IMG/VR virus record: IMGVR_UViG_3300034682_000176
Span: 160,811 to 224,810 of that record
Reading direction: 5' to 3' (one strand)
DNA length: 64,000 bases
The position numbers and the translations under genes were made by a program. How positions within the stretch are numbered: the first letter of the stretch is position 1; the number at the start of each line of letters is the position of its first letter. A model generated the notes under the pieces. The model made no database searches, was not told the DNA's origin, and saw only the letters and a list, made by a program, of their open reading frames with translations. This document shows positions 1 through 9,633 of the stretch, piece after piece.

Positions 1-378
1 ACTAACCAGTATTCTGAGTGTGGTGATTTAACCACACTTCGAGTATTTAGTGAGATCGCTTACCCACCCCAACCGGCATGCACTATACTCTTGCCAATCT
101 TCAGGCCGCAGCGTTGCGCCGGAGCCAAGTCAAAAGAAAGGAATTGGTGTGCTGAGGAGTATCTAGCCGTTAGGAGCGGCCATCCAGACCTTGTTACCAC
201 CTGATAGGCCCGCAGACACACTTGCATAGTGCCTTGGTACAAGTCAAGCTTCTATATAAGCATGGTTGTTGTGTACGACCTTTGTTATCGCGTGAAGCAC
301 GGACGTAGCTGTCCATTAAAACTGCTCTGTGTACCCGACTACAGGTTAGCGGGGGCTTGGGAACGTATCCACGGAAGA
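1..378 (+). ncRNA. Candidate structured non-coding RNA (possibly 5'-truncated by window edge)
   Basis: No credible ORF. Stems include gagtgtggt 16-24/accacactt 31-39 within a 1-51 hairpin, gcactat/atagtgc, gccaat/attggt, gaccttgttacca/tggtacaagtc and ggac/gtcc. The region ends at an intrinsic terminator. Confidence 0.35.
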
Positions 379-426
379 CAGCCTACATCTCCACTGCGGG
401 ATGTAGGCTGGGCTTTTTCTTTTTTG
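379..426 (+). terminator. Intrinsic terminator
   Basis: cagcctacatctc-loop-gggatgtaggctg followed by a T-tract. Confidence 0.8.
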
Positions 427-487
427 CTGTTTCGATCCTGTGAGGTCAGAGAGGAATTGTCCCTATCGAAAAAGCAGGAGTCTGTGT

Positions 488-1150
488 ATGTCTGTGTTGA
501 CGGTAAACAAAACGAATTTGCACGTGTTACAGCGTGTTTTGGACACGGGTGAGGGAAAGATACCAGCCAGCTACAAAGAGCTCTCTACGGCTCTTAGATC
601 GCGTTCTGAGCTGGTTGTGGTGGTGCGTCCTTGGATCACTGGACCGATTGATTTGGATGGGATGGTGCAAGCCATCGATTTCAAGACCAGCGACATCTTC
701 AAACCCCGCACTGATGCTTTGCCGGCTGATGAAGTATTCGGCTATGGCTACGTGCACGATCATACCCTGGCATATAGCGGGCGTATCGGTCTGAACCTGG
801 ACATCCCTAAAGAACCACAGATCAACTGCTGGACCTTGCAACAAACCTTGGGCAATGCCTGTAAAGCAAACACCCAGATGTTGACTGGTGTGGACATCTA
901 CCGCGAAATGGACACTTCTGTGTTGATGCAACCTAAAGTGTTGTTCACTCCCGAAAAGTTCAACAAGCGTGTGGTCAAGATCGAGTTGGCAGTGTGGTGG
1001 TGTATGTCACAATCCCAACTCAGTGGCTACATGTCCGCTTTGGCCAAGGCGTTTAGCAAACACAGCCCGCATCTACAACCCAAGCTGGAGACCGCCAACT
1101 TGGAGTCCTTTGGTTTCCAACACGCACACAGCTGCAAAGACTGTCTGTAA
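488..1150 (+). CDS. Hypothetical protein
   Basis: ORF with GGAG RBS before ATG 488 and a downstream hairpin. Confidence 0.75.
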   Translation: MSVLTVNKTNLHVLQRVLDTGEGKIPASYKELSTALRSRSELVVVVRPWITGPIDLDGMVQAIDFKTSDIFKPRTDALPADEVFGYGYVHDHTLAYSGRIGLNLDIPKEPQINCWTLQQTLGNACKANTQMLTGVDIYREMDTSVLMQPKVLFTPEKFNKRVVKIELAVWWCMSQSQLSGYMSALAKAFSKHSPHLQPKLETANLESFGFQHAHSCKDCL

Positions 1151-1152
1151 AT

Positions 1153-1203
1153 ATCATAGACCCTGCAGTCCTCATCGGCTGCAGGGTCTATGATGTACTT
1201 TTT
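1153..1203 (+). terminator. Intrinsic terminator
   Basis: atcatagaccctgcag...ctgcagggtctatgat plus T-run. Confidence 0.75.
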
Positions 1204-1309
1204 GCCTAAGAACCACAATCTCTTAGTGTGATGTCTGGGTCGTTTTTGACCCGACGATGATTACACATATAAAAACCGATGTAACTACAATTCCAATAAC
1301 GGAGTGTCT

Positions 1310-1981
1310 ATGCAAAACCAAGCTGATAAAAACAACCTGAGTGTCAATGCCCGCCTCGAAGATGTCGAAGCCCTGCTGTTCGCCGGCCGCAAGAAGTTTG
1401 TGGCCAAGGCCTTGCCCTACACCGACGACAAATCCACAAACCTTCACACCGACTACTTGCCGTTGACCGCTACTGTGTTTGTCCGTGACACAGAAGTTGA
1501 CACCGATGGGGATTTGCGGTTCTTGGTGTTGGAAGTTCTGGACAACAACTGTTTTGCCGCCAAGCTGCAATACAACCCTGTTGGTCTGATGGTGCCGGAC
1601 GTCAAAGTGTCGGACATGATCCAAGGTCTGAACAAAGACCGTCACATCAACCCTGACGATACGTTGCGTGTCGACACGCTGCAGCTGATCCGTGGGGTCA
1701 TCCAAGCAACCAACGCGATTGCGACCGAGCTCGTTGGTGTGGCGATTTTGAACCACGCCATGGACTTTGGCGCTAACTTCAACTTGATGAACGAACCATC
1801 CATTTCGCTTCTCAAGGAAGGTATGATCAACCTCAACTTGATCGTGCGCTTGCAGCCCGCAGAACTCGATGCGTTGGTCAACACTTTGAACACCGCACCG
1901 CATTTGAACCCCAACGTGCGCTTTTCGGTGAAAACCCTCAACAAGCTGAACTATTCGGCAAATGCACCCACCCTCAACTAA
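1310..1981 (+). CDS. Hypothetical protein
   Basis: GGAG RBS, phage-like codon usage, ACATATA motif at 1265. Confidence 0.8.
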   Translation: MQNQADKNNLSVNARLEDVEALLFAGRKKFVAKALPYTDDKSTNLHTDYLPLTATVFVRDTEVDTDGDLRFLVLEVLDNNCFAAKLQYNPVGLMVPDVKVSDMIQGLNKDRHINPDDTLRVDTLQLIRGVIQATNAIATELVGVAILNHAMDFGANFNLMNEPSISLLKEGMINLNLIVRLQPAELDALVNTLNTAPHLNPNVRFSVKTLNKLNYSANAPTLN

Positions 1982-1991
1982 GGAGTCTCCC

Positions 1992-2534
1992 ATGTCTGAC
2001 CTCAAAACCATCTTCGTGGATCTGCAACAACTGCAAACCCCAAACCGTGAAGTGACCAAGCTGCGCTTTGCACCCAAGGGCAGCCCTGCGGTGGAAGGTG
2101 AAGTCGAAGTGACGATCATGTACGAAATGTGCAGTGAAGTCCGCCAGCTTGGTATGCACAACGAACGTGGCATTGACCCCATGTTGCTGTCGGCGCACAC
2201 CGAAATCAGCGACGAGTGCTTTGACTGTCTGGAGAACCCTCCTGAAGTCCAAGAAGACGGCTACCGCTACTTGACCAACGCCCACCTGCTGTTCCTGTGC
2301 GGTGTGTTGGCCAACAAGACGCTGCAGCGTTTTAACCTGCTCGCTGAACTCAACCACATTGCACGCAACGTCGGCGCGATCTCCATTTCCATGGACACCG
2401 ACCCGATCCCTGGTGTGAACATCTGCCCCATCTACGTGAACTATCTGGTGCCAGATGCCGACATCGAAAAAGCCATCCAGTACGCACCCACCATCCTGGT
2501 AGGTCTGCCTATCCCAGCTCCCAAGGTCGGCTAA
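1992..2534 (+). CDS. Hypothetical protein
   Basis: AAGGAG RBS immediately after the previous stop. Confidence 0.8.
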   Translation: MSDLKTIFVDLQQLQTPNREVTKLRFAPKGSPAVEGEVEVTIMYEMCSEVRQLGMHNERGIDPMLLSAHTEISDECFDCLENPPEVQEDGYRYLTNAHLLFLCGVLANKTLQRFNLLAELNHIARNVGAISISMDTDPIPGVNICPIYVNYLVPDADIEKAIQYAPTILVGLPIPAPKVG

Positions 2535-2571
2535 CTGCCTTCCACTTCCCTAACTTTCCACCCATTCCAAT

Positions 2572-3213
2572 ATGTCTGACGTCCAACATGAAAACGGTGT
2601 GTTCTTTGCGCGGCGCGTCAAGCTGACTAAGAACATCGACCGTAATAGCCAATTCACCCAGCTCAATACCGAACTCGATCAAATCGAGTTTGCGTGGATG
2701 AATATTTACAACCCACCTCAAGGTTTCGCCCCTAACCCGGTTGACTTCCAGCACTTTATCCAAGGCGCCTTTATGCAAGGCTTTGTGCCATTTGGGGTAC
2801 ATTGCAGCATCACCAGCCCAAACGCGAAAACCGTCCACGTCGCAACCAATCCGTCCGATGTGTTCAAACCACAATCGGTGCACGAGATGCTTCTGATGTG
2901 TGTCGAAGTAACTCACGCCGGTGTCTGGCAAATGAATGCCAAACACCCAACCCAGCTAATCAAAAATCTGATCGATGATGCGGTGGAGCAAAGTCCCATC
3001 TACAAAGCACTGAAAGATGCCGGTCTTGAACCGCAGAAAACATCAGTGCCGCTCGATTACCAACGTTCGGAAGAAGGCAACATTATAATGTTGCACGATC
3101 TGGTGTTGGTGATTGACGAAGCGCAGTACATGAACCGGTTTGGTGCTTTTGCCAAAATTGCCAAACAGTTCAACCTGCAAATCTTCGACCTCAACAAAAA
3201 GGCCGCAGCGTAA
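2572..3213 (+). CDS. Hypothetical protein
   Basis: 213-aa ORF in the same operon. Confidence 0.75.
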   Translation: MSDVQHENGVFFARRVKLTKNIDRNSQFTQLNTELDQIEFAWMNIYNPPQGFAPNPVDFQHFIQGAFMQGFVPFGVHCSITSPNAKTVHVATNPSDVFKPQSVHEMLLMCVEVTHAGVWQMNAKHPTQLIKNLIDDAVEQSPIYKALKDAGLEPQKTSVPLDYQRSEEGNIIMLHDLVLVIDEAQYMNRFGAFAKIAKQFNLQIFDLNKKAAA

Positions 3214-3265
3214 GCTACAGATCCACACTACCGTAACTGGTAGTGTGGATCTGTATTTATTTTGG

Positions 3266-3277
3266 TTACATATATAC
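3266..3277 (+). promoter_or_regulatory. Putative early (virion RNAP) promoter TTACATATATAC
   Basis: Recurrent intergenic motif upstream of an accessory gene. Confidence 0.65.
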
Positions 3278-3350
3278 CACACGACAAGACTGTGTGTTGT
3301 TTAGGTCTTTGATGTCAAAGACCCATACCGTCTTACAAAGGAGTTTCACC

Positions 3351-3926
3351 ATGAATTTCAATACACCCAAGCTGCTGATGATCAACGTGTTTGCGTTTGA
3401 TCCCAATGTGTTTACCGTGGTGCATCCAGAAGAAGCCGCGATGTTTCGTAACCACGGCTGGGCAACCATGTTGCTCAAGGATGTCGTTTACCAGCAAGAA
3501 GGGGACAAGCTGCGCATTGCGGTCACCAAGTTCCGCGAGCCTGGTAAAGTCTCGACCTACGCCAAACCCAGCGAAGAAGGTCTCAAGGAACTGGCACTGT
3601 CCAAGACCTTCTTGGAGTTTGAGCAAGCTTGCAAGAACTATTTCAGCACCGACAAGGCTGACGAAGACATTGTCCAAGTCTGGAAGAATCGCGAGCTCAG
3701 CGAGACACGCGCACGGGTGTTGGCAACTTTCCGCAAGGACAATGACTACCAACTGCCGGAAAACCACGAGTGGTTGGAAGTTGACCTGGGTGTCTTCGAT
3801 CTGCGCGAGCAGTTGGAAGAATACTTGGATTTGGGGGAATACCCACTCACCGTAGATCTGGACAAAGCCTTCCAAGTCGATCGTGATTTGATTGCCAACT
3901 TCATCCTGATCAAGCTGGCTAAGTAA
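3351..3926 (+). CDS. Hypothetical protein
   Basis: AAAGGAGTTTCACC RBS before ATG 3351. Confidence 0.8.
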   Translation: MNFNTPKLLMINVFAFDPNVFTVVHPEEAAMFRNHGWATMLLKDVVYQQEGDKLRIAVTKFREPGKVSTYAKPSEEGLKELALSKTFLEFEQACKNYFSTDKADEDIVQVWKNRELSETRARVLATFRKDNDYQLPENHEWLEVDLGVFDLREQLEEYLDLGEYPLTVDLDKAFQVDRDLIANFILIKLAK

Positions 3927-3938
3927 TCAGCACCTGTG

Positions 3939-3985
3939 AAAAAACACCACCTCCGGCTTATGGCCAGGGTGGTGTTTTTTTTTTT
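3939..3985. terminator. Bidirectional intrinsic terminator
   Basis: A6-caccacc...ggtggtg-T11 between convergent genes. Confidence 0.85.
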
Positions 3986-3986
3986 C

Positions 3987-6143
3987 TTACAGACGGGACA
4001 AGGACGACAATACCGAGGCTGAGTCACCCAGGATGTTTTTCACCACCCCACCAAAGGGTACAGTGTTGACCGTCATGGCGGCAAAAGCAGCAGGGTCGGG
4101 GTTGACAATGGACTTGAGGTTCATCATCCGTTCAGCCAGCTTCAGGCGCAGCATGGGAATGCGGTACACCTGGGTATAAACGTCCACCGCTGCTACCGAG
4201 TTCAAGTAGGTTGTCAGTGGGCTGTCCGAGAAGTTGGGAGAGAGGTTGGCCATAGCCTTGGTGAGTACGCCATTGCTAGAGACATCCATCGACACAATCT
4301 CATCGAGGTTAGTCACCGACAGGTCCACGTCAATAGCGTTGGGGTGGCCGGCACGGGTGAATGCCAGGTTGGCTGTACCACGAGTCAGTTGTAGGGAAGA
4401 GATCATCCCCAGATGGATGTTGGAGCGGCCGCGGTCGAAACACTGGCAAAAGAACGGGGCTGCGTAAGACGACGCACCTGTGGAGCGAGGTAATGCGCCG
4501 GCCAAGAGCATCGACATGGGTAAGTAGATGTTGAACAGCTGGCTGTAGGCATTGCCGTACGGCGAGATCAGCTTGATTTTGTAGTTGGCTTGAGGGAGGG
4601 TGGCAGAAGACGACTCCCACACCTTTGGCATGGTCACGTTCACACCGTAGGCCAGCGCCAACAGTGGGTTGGCCAAACCAAACGAAGCGTTCGACAACAG
4701 CGTAGCGCCAGCATCAGCTGCCAACTTCATGGCGTCACCGATGATTGGCACTTCGGTAGCCGAAGACAACAGCGAGGTGATGTTACGGGCTTTGGCCGAC
4801 AGCGAGTTGAAGGTGGACTCGATGGGGTTGGCACCGAAGGACGAAGAAAAGGACTCTCCGATAGAGCCGCTGTTCTCCACGTTGAAGACTGCAAAGGCTG
4901 CACCTTCCGATAGTTCTGCCAGTGCATACTCGGCATACTTTTTCAGGGAGTCGGCTTTCTTGTTGGCGTTGGACATCAGTTTGTTGTCCAGCGAGTCTTG
5001 CGGGTTGTTGGGGTCCAGCGAGACGTCGATGGGGTTGCCTTCATCGTCGGTGAACATAGGGTCGTAACCGATGATAGAGCTTTGGCTGATGGTGTTTTCA
5101 TCCAAGCTCTCCAGTTGGCTGTCCTTGCCACCCATCATGGTTTCATGGGCTTTCTTGAACAGCTTGTCGATGAAGGTCTTGCCACCCGAGGTGAGATTAG
5201 ACTGGGTCAGGTTGGCAGTGATCTGATAGTCTTCCATGTCGGCTGTAGCGCCTTGAATGGACTCGGTGCTACCTTGGTCCAGCTCTTGGCGTTTGAGGCT
5301 GTTCAAGGCCGCCTGAGCACGCAGAGCAATGGCAAACACACTGATGCGACCTGTCTCAGGATCGACGATGTCTGGAATGTACGAGCTCAGCGATGCCACA
5401 AAGCTCTCACTGATACCTTGGGTGTTACCAACCGGCTGACCCAGCTTGTACGTATAGTCTTGCAAGATGTACGGCAGCATGGTGCGCCGTGACACCAACT
5501 GGTTCAAGGTGTTCTCCACCGTGGCCCAGTAGGTGTACATGGTCTCACGGATCGAATAGAACCGGGTGTTGGAGACCACCACACTCAAAGCAAACATCCC
5601 CACTGCCAACAGTGGAGCCGCTGCCACGGCAAAAATCTTGGCAACCAACCCAACTGCTTCCAAGAACGTGCTGGTGATGACGCCGCGTCCATGCAAGATG
5701 GCTTTGTCAATATCAAAGCTCTTGTTGATCCACAGCGGCAGTGGGATGTACTGCGGCACACCAAAGCGGAAGAAGACACGCTGTTGGTTGTCATCGATGG
5801 CTTGGGAGTAGTACCCACCCATCCCCAATCCAACCGGATGGCTGGTGGTGCCAGGTGTGATGTCGGGGCGCTCATGGATGCGACCCTTGGAGCGAACATC
5901 ACAGTAGCGAGTGAACTGTGGTTTAGGGTTGACCGCCATGCTCATGCCAGGCGATGTCGAGGAGAACTTGTTGTCGGCGGATGTCTTGTAGCGGTTCTTG
6001 CGAATCCAGGTTGCGTACTGTTGCATCTCACCGTTGTCTTGGATTTCCGACTCGGTGATGATGAAGGTGCTCTTGACCCAATCGCGGTCGAAGAACTCCC
6101 CTGGCTTGTCATTGATAGAGTTGCGAAACAGAAGTTCAGTCAT
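3987..6143 (-). CDS. phiKZ-type virion structural protein (baseplate/hub-like; tentatively gp182-like)
   Basis: 718 aa with RFGVPQY and ISPYGN..SQLFNIYLP..MLLAGALPRSTG blocks reminiscent of phiKZ-like structural proteins. Late-promoter motif upstream. Confidence 0.6.
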   Translation of the reverse strand: MTELLFRNSINDKPGEFFDRDWVKSTFIITESEIQDNGEMQQYATWIRKNRYKTSADNKFSSTSPGMSMAVNPKPQFTRYCDVRSKGRIHERPDITPGTTSHPVGLGMGGYYSQAIDDNQQRVFFRFGVPQYIPLPLWINKSFDIDKAILHGRGVITSTFLEAVGLVAKIFAVAAAPLLAVGMFALSVVVSNTRFYSIRETMYTYWATVENTLNQLVSRRTMLPYILQDYTYKLGQPVGNTQGISESFVASLSSYIPDIVDPETGRISVFAIALRAQAALNSLKRQELDQGSTESIQGATADMEDYQITANLTQSNLTSGGKTFIDKLFKKAHETMMGGKDSQLESLDENTISQSSIIGYDPMFTDDEGNPIDVSLDPNNPQDSLDNKLMSNANKKADSLKKYAEYALAELSEGAAFAVFNVENSGSIGESFSSSFGANPIESTFNSLSAKARNITSLLSSATEVPIIGDAMKLAADAGATLLSNASFGLANPLLALAYGVNVTMPKVWESSSATLPQANYKIKLISPYGNAYSQLFNIYLPMSMLLAGALPRSTGASSYAAPFFCQCFDRGRSNIHLGMISSLQLTRGTANLAFTRAGHPNAIDVDLSVTNLDEIVSMDVSSNGVLTKAMANLSPNFSDSPLTTYLNSVAAVDVYTQVYRIPMLRLKLAERMMNLKSIVNPDPAAFAAMTVNTVPFGGVVKNILGDSASVLSSLSRL

Positions 6144-6895
6144 GTCGTCACCATCTCCAGGTGTATGTAATCAAAAAATCCGGCTTAGGTCCAGTCTCCT
6201 AGGATTACGTTTGGTCGTGTTCTACCTCTCTATCATTTATCTTCGAGTAAGATCTTACGAATTTCACTGATGGTATGGTAAGTACACTACGGCCCTCCTA
6301 GGTGTAGATCAGAAGAAAACAAGAAAAAGAAAAAGAAAAAGAAAGAACAGCGTAAGAGCCCTCCCGCCAATCGAGAGAGCCCACCCGTAACGTAAACGCC
6401 TCTAAGGGGCTAAAGCCCCTTAGAGCTATATTTTCCAATAAGAACGCAAATACTTTTATCGATTCAAAAAAGCGTAAAAGTGACGACAAAAGTGACAGTT
6501 TCTGCGACATAGCGTTAGACAGTGAATAAGACCGTTTGAGAGCCATCTCCACTCCAGTACACGCTTTTGTGTACTGGAGTGGATGAGCTTCTTTACACAG
6601 ACAAACAACCATCAAAGAAAAGAAACAAAGAAAGCTAGGACGATAGTCCAAAGCGGTATTAACAGCGTGTTATGGGCGCGCCGCGCGGCGCTCGCGGTTG
6701 TCTCCTATGGTGCCAAATGGCATTTTGTTAGCAAGTGACATCCTGTGTTTATCTTCACAGACAGTTGCAAAAAAGACCTTCCAGGACTTGCTGCAAGATG
6801 CCTGTGACAGCTGGTAGACACATCGCTTTTTGTTTCGTTGTGGTTTGCTTTTGGGTGATGCCAAGTGTGGACCATCTTTACCTTGTTAGAACAGA
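6144..6895. other. Long non-coding divergent region with A-tracts and palindromes (candidate origin/packaging/regulatory region)
   Basis: (GAAAAA)n at ~6312-6346, palindrome gtaagatcttac 6247-6258, 11-bp stem 6400-6425, 15-bp stem 6548-6583, aaaagtgac direct repeat; no credible ORF. Confidence 0.4.
6171..6179 (-). promoter_or_regulatory. Putative late promoter ATnnTnTGA
   Basis: attttttga about 28 nt upstream of the start; same motif precedes other virion genes. Confidence 0.5.
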
Positions 6896-9328
6896 ATGAC
6901 AACCTTGAACCCCCAACCCATCAGCCAAGATGTCTTGGCAGAGAAGTACCTGGCCGCAGGTGAAACCACTGCCGAAGATCTGTTCCGTCGTGTGAGTCGC
7001 GCACTGGCTGCTCAAGAAAATCCAGCAATCCAAGCTGAGTGGGAAGAGCGCTTTTTCAAGAACATGCAAACTGGTGCTATCGGTGCTGGTCGCATCATGG
7101 CCGCTGCTGGGTTGGACACCAAAGCCACGCTGATCAACTGCTTTGTGCAGCCTGTGGCTGATGCCACCAACGGCTACGACGAAGATGGCAACCCTGGCAT
7201 CTACGTGGCCCTGGCACAAGCAGCCGAGACCATGCGCCGCGGTGGTGGTGTGGGGTACGACTTCTCCAACCTGCGTCCCAAGAACTCCATGGTCAAGGGC
7301 ACCAACTCGTTCGCCTCGGGTCCCTGCTCGTTCATCAACGTGTTCGACGCTTCGTGCACAACGGTGGAATCGGCCGGCGCGCGCCGTGGTGCCCAAATGG
7401 GTGTACTGCGCATCGACCATCCAGACATCTTGGATTTCATCACCGCCAAGCGTGAAAAGGGTCGCTGGAATAACTTCAACGTCTCGGTGGGTGTGACCAC
7501 GGCTTTCATGCAGGCTGTGGAAAACAACCAGTCCTGGGATCTGGTGCATCCGGCTGAGCCTTCGCAAGGCCAAAAGGACGGCGGCGCTTACCAACGTGAA
7601 GACGGCGTGTGGGTGTACCGCACTGTGCAAGCGCAGGATCTGTGGAAGACCATCATGAAGTCGGCCTACGATTTCGCTGAGCCCGGCATCCTGTTCCTGG
7701 ACAACATCAACGACGACAACAACCTGCACTACGCCGAGAAGATTGCTGCCACGAATCCTTGCGGTGAGCAACCCCTGCCTGCGTACGGCTGCTGTGACCT
7801 GGGTCCGATCATTCTGACCAAGTTCGTTCGCCATCCCTTCACCCCTGAAGCTTACTTTGACTCCAAGGCCTTCGTCGAGGCTGTTGGTATCCAAGTGCGC
7901 ATGCTGGACAACGTGCTCGATGCCACCGTCTGGCCACTGCCAGAGCAGCACCGCGAATCGCAAAGCAAGCGTCGCATTGGTGTGGGCTTTACCGGTCTGG
8001 GTGACACCCTGATCATGCTGGGTCTGAAGTACAACAGCCCGGAAGGTGTGAGCATGGGTGAGTTGATCGCGTGTCAAATGCGCGATGCGGCTTACACAGC
8101 TTCGGTACAACTGGCCGTCGAAAAGGGTCCCTTCCCGCTGTTCAATGCTGACCAGTATCTGGAAAGCGGTTTCACCAAGCGCCTGCCAGAAGAAATCCGT
8201 GATTCGATCCGTAAGTACGGTATCCGCAACAGCCACCTGTTGTCGATCGCTCCTACTGGCACGGTGTCGCTGGCTTTTGCTGACAACGCCTCCAACGGCA
8301 TTGAACCACCCTTCTCGTGGACCTACAACCGCAAGAAGCGTACCGTCGACGGCGGCAGTGCCCACTACACCGTGGAAGACCACGCCTACCGTGTTTTCAA
8401 GTCCATGTTTGGTGAGGATGCGCCTCTGCCCGAGAGCTTCGTCAGCGCCATGGACATGACTGCCACCGAACACGTCGCCATGATGCGTGCCGTGCAGCCG
8501 TACATCGATACGGCCATCTCCAAGACCGTGAATGTGCCTGCGGACTACCCGTTCGAGGACTTCATGAACCTGTACATGGAAAGCTGGAAGGCCGGCCTCA
8601 AGGGTTGTGCGACGTACCGTCCCAACGACACGCTGGGTGCTGTGCTGTCCGTGCAAGAACCTGCCAAGCCTGCTGAAACGCCAGCGGCTCCTGCTCCTGC
8701 TCCAACACCCGTGGCTGCTACCCCAACCCCCGTGGCTGCTGCTGTGGGTTCGTTGATGGTGGAACGTCGCCCTGAAGGTCCTCTGGACGCGGTGGTGGAC
8801 AAGATCGAGTACTACGCCCATGACGGCGCACGTCGCTTGTACCTGGTGGTGAGCTTCATGAACGTCAACGGTGTGGAACGTCCGATCGAGTTCTTCATGC
8901 CTGTCGGCCAGACTGGTGAAAGCCAGCAATGGATCACCGCGGCCATGCGTTCGCTGTCGTTGGCTGCCCGTGGTGGTTTCCTGGAGAAAGCTCTGGAAGA
9001 CCTGCGCAAGGTGGCTTGGGACCGCGGCGCCATCCGTTACGGTTGGCACACCAAGGACGACGGCTCGCGCGTGCCTCTGTGGCATGAAAGCGAAGTTGCT
9101 CTGATGGCCTATGCCATCCAATCCATCATCAAGTCCCGTGCCGAGCAATCGGTCGAGCACATCTACCAAACCGGAAAGGGCGTCACTGCCTATGCCGATA
9201 GTGTCCTCAAGGACGTACAACAAAAGGCCACTGGCAAGAAGTGTCCAGACTGCGGTGCGCCATCCCTGATCAAGAAAGATGGCTGCACGTTCTGCGAATC
9301 CTGCGGCTACCTGGGTAGCTGCGGCTAA
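6896..9328 (+). CDS. nrdJ: Class II adenosylcobalamin-dependent ribonucleotide reductase
   Basis: TLINCFV, GGGVGYDFS, TNPCGEQPL radical Cys motif, IAPTGT, AISKTVN; Pro/Ala linker, C-terminal domain and CPDC..CESC Zn ribbon. Confidence 0.93.
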   Translation: MTTLNPQPISQDVLAEKYLAAGETTAEDLFRRVSRALAAQENPAIQAEWEERFFKNMQTGAIGAGRIMAAAGLDTKATLINCFVQPVADATNGYDEDGNPGIYVALAQAAETMRRGGGVGYDFSNLRPKNSMVKGTNSFASGPCSFINVFDASCTTVESAGARRGAQMGVLRIDHPDILDFITAKREKGRWNNFNVSVGVTTAFMQAVENNQSWDLVHPAEPSQGQKDGGAYQREDGVWVYRTVQAQDLWKTIMKSAYDFAEPGILFLDNINDDNNLHYAEKIAATNPCGEQPLPAYGCCDLGPIILTKFVRHPFTPEAYFDSKAFVEAVGIQVRMLDNVLDATVWPLPEQHRESQSKRRIGVGFTGLGDTLIMLGLKYNSPEGVSMGELIACQMRDAAYTASVQLAVEKGPFPLFNADQYLESGFTKRLPEEIRDSIRKYGIRNSHLLSIAPTGTVSLAFADNASNGIEPPFSWTYNRKKRTVDGGSAHYTVEDHAYRVFKSMFGEDAPLPESFVSAMDMTATEHVAMMRAVQPYIDTAISKTVNVPADYPFEDFMNLYMESWKAGLKGCATYRPNDTLGAVLSVQEPAKPAETPAAPAPAPTPVAATPTPVAAAVGSLMVERRPEGPLDAVVDKIEYYAHDGARRLYLVVSFMNVNGVERPIEFFMPVGQTGESQQWITAAMRSLSLAARGGFLEKALEDLRKVAWDRGAIRYGWHTKDDGSRVPLWHESEVALMAYAIQSIIKSRAEQSVEHIYQTGKGVTAYADSVLKDVQQKATGKKCPDCGAPSLIKKDGCTFCESCGYLGSCG

Positions 9329-9344
9329 GCCCATAACCTAGAAT

Positions 9345-9390
9345 GACACAGACCACCTGGATTACCTCCGGTGGTCTGTGTCTTCTTTCT
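9345..9390 (+). terminator. Intrinsic terminator
   Basis: gacacagaccacc...ggtggtctgtgtc plus T-rich tail. Confidence 0.8.
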
Positions 9391-9633
9391 GTTGTGATTA
9401 AAAATATTTCTTTGAGATTATAGAGTGGTCGCGCTGTTACATCTACACAGAACTTCAACCAGCGAATAGACCGTTTTTGACTGCAGAGTCACGCTGGTAT
9501 AGAAAGAGAATAAAAAGCGCGTGGAGGTGTGTTAAAACACCTGCAAGCATGATTCTTTACTCTCCTCTAAGAACTGGTTACGATGCTGCGCATGTCTTGA
9601 GCTATCAACTGCCAAACGCAAGGAGAGTAAGAA

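Noticed and set aside
6171-6190. aaaatccggctta resembles the RNase P RNA 3' conserved region
   Set aside because: There is no upstream GAGGAAAGTCC element, and the preceding sequence is coding on the minus strand.
6700-6895. Cobalamin riboswitch upstream of the B12-dependent RNR
   Set aside because: The conserved GGGAA / GCCACTG / B12-box elements are not visible.
6298-6902. Short ORFs in the large intergenic region
   Set aside because: Low-complexity translations (SFSFSFS), no RBS and atypical codon usage.
6878-9334. 818-aa antisense ORF over nrdJ, and similar long antisense ORFs over chimallin (35492-37456), phuZ, vRNAP beta, the tail genes and 50993-52603
   Set aside because: These are shadow ORFs from strong codon bias on the coding strand. 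They have no RBS or motifs and fully overlap recognisable genes.
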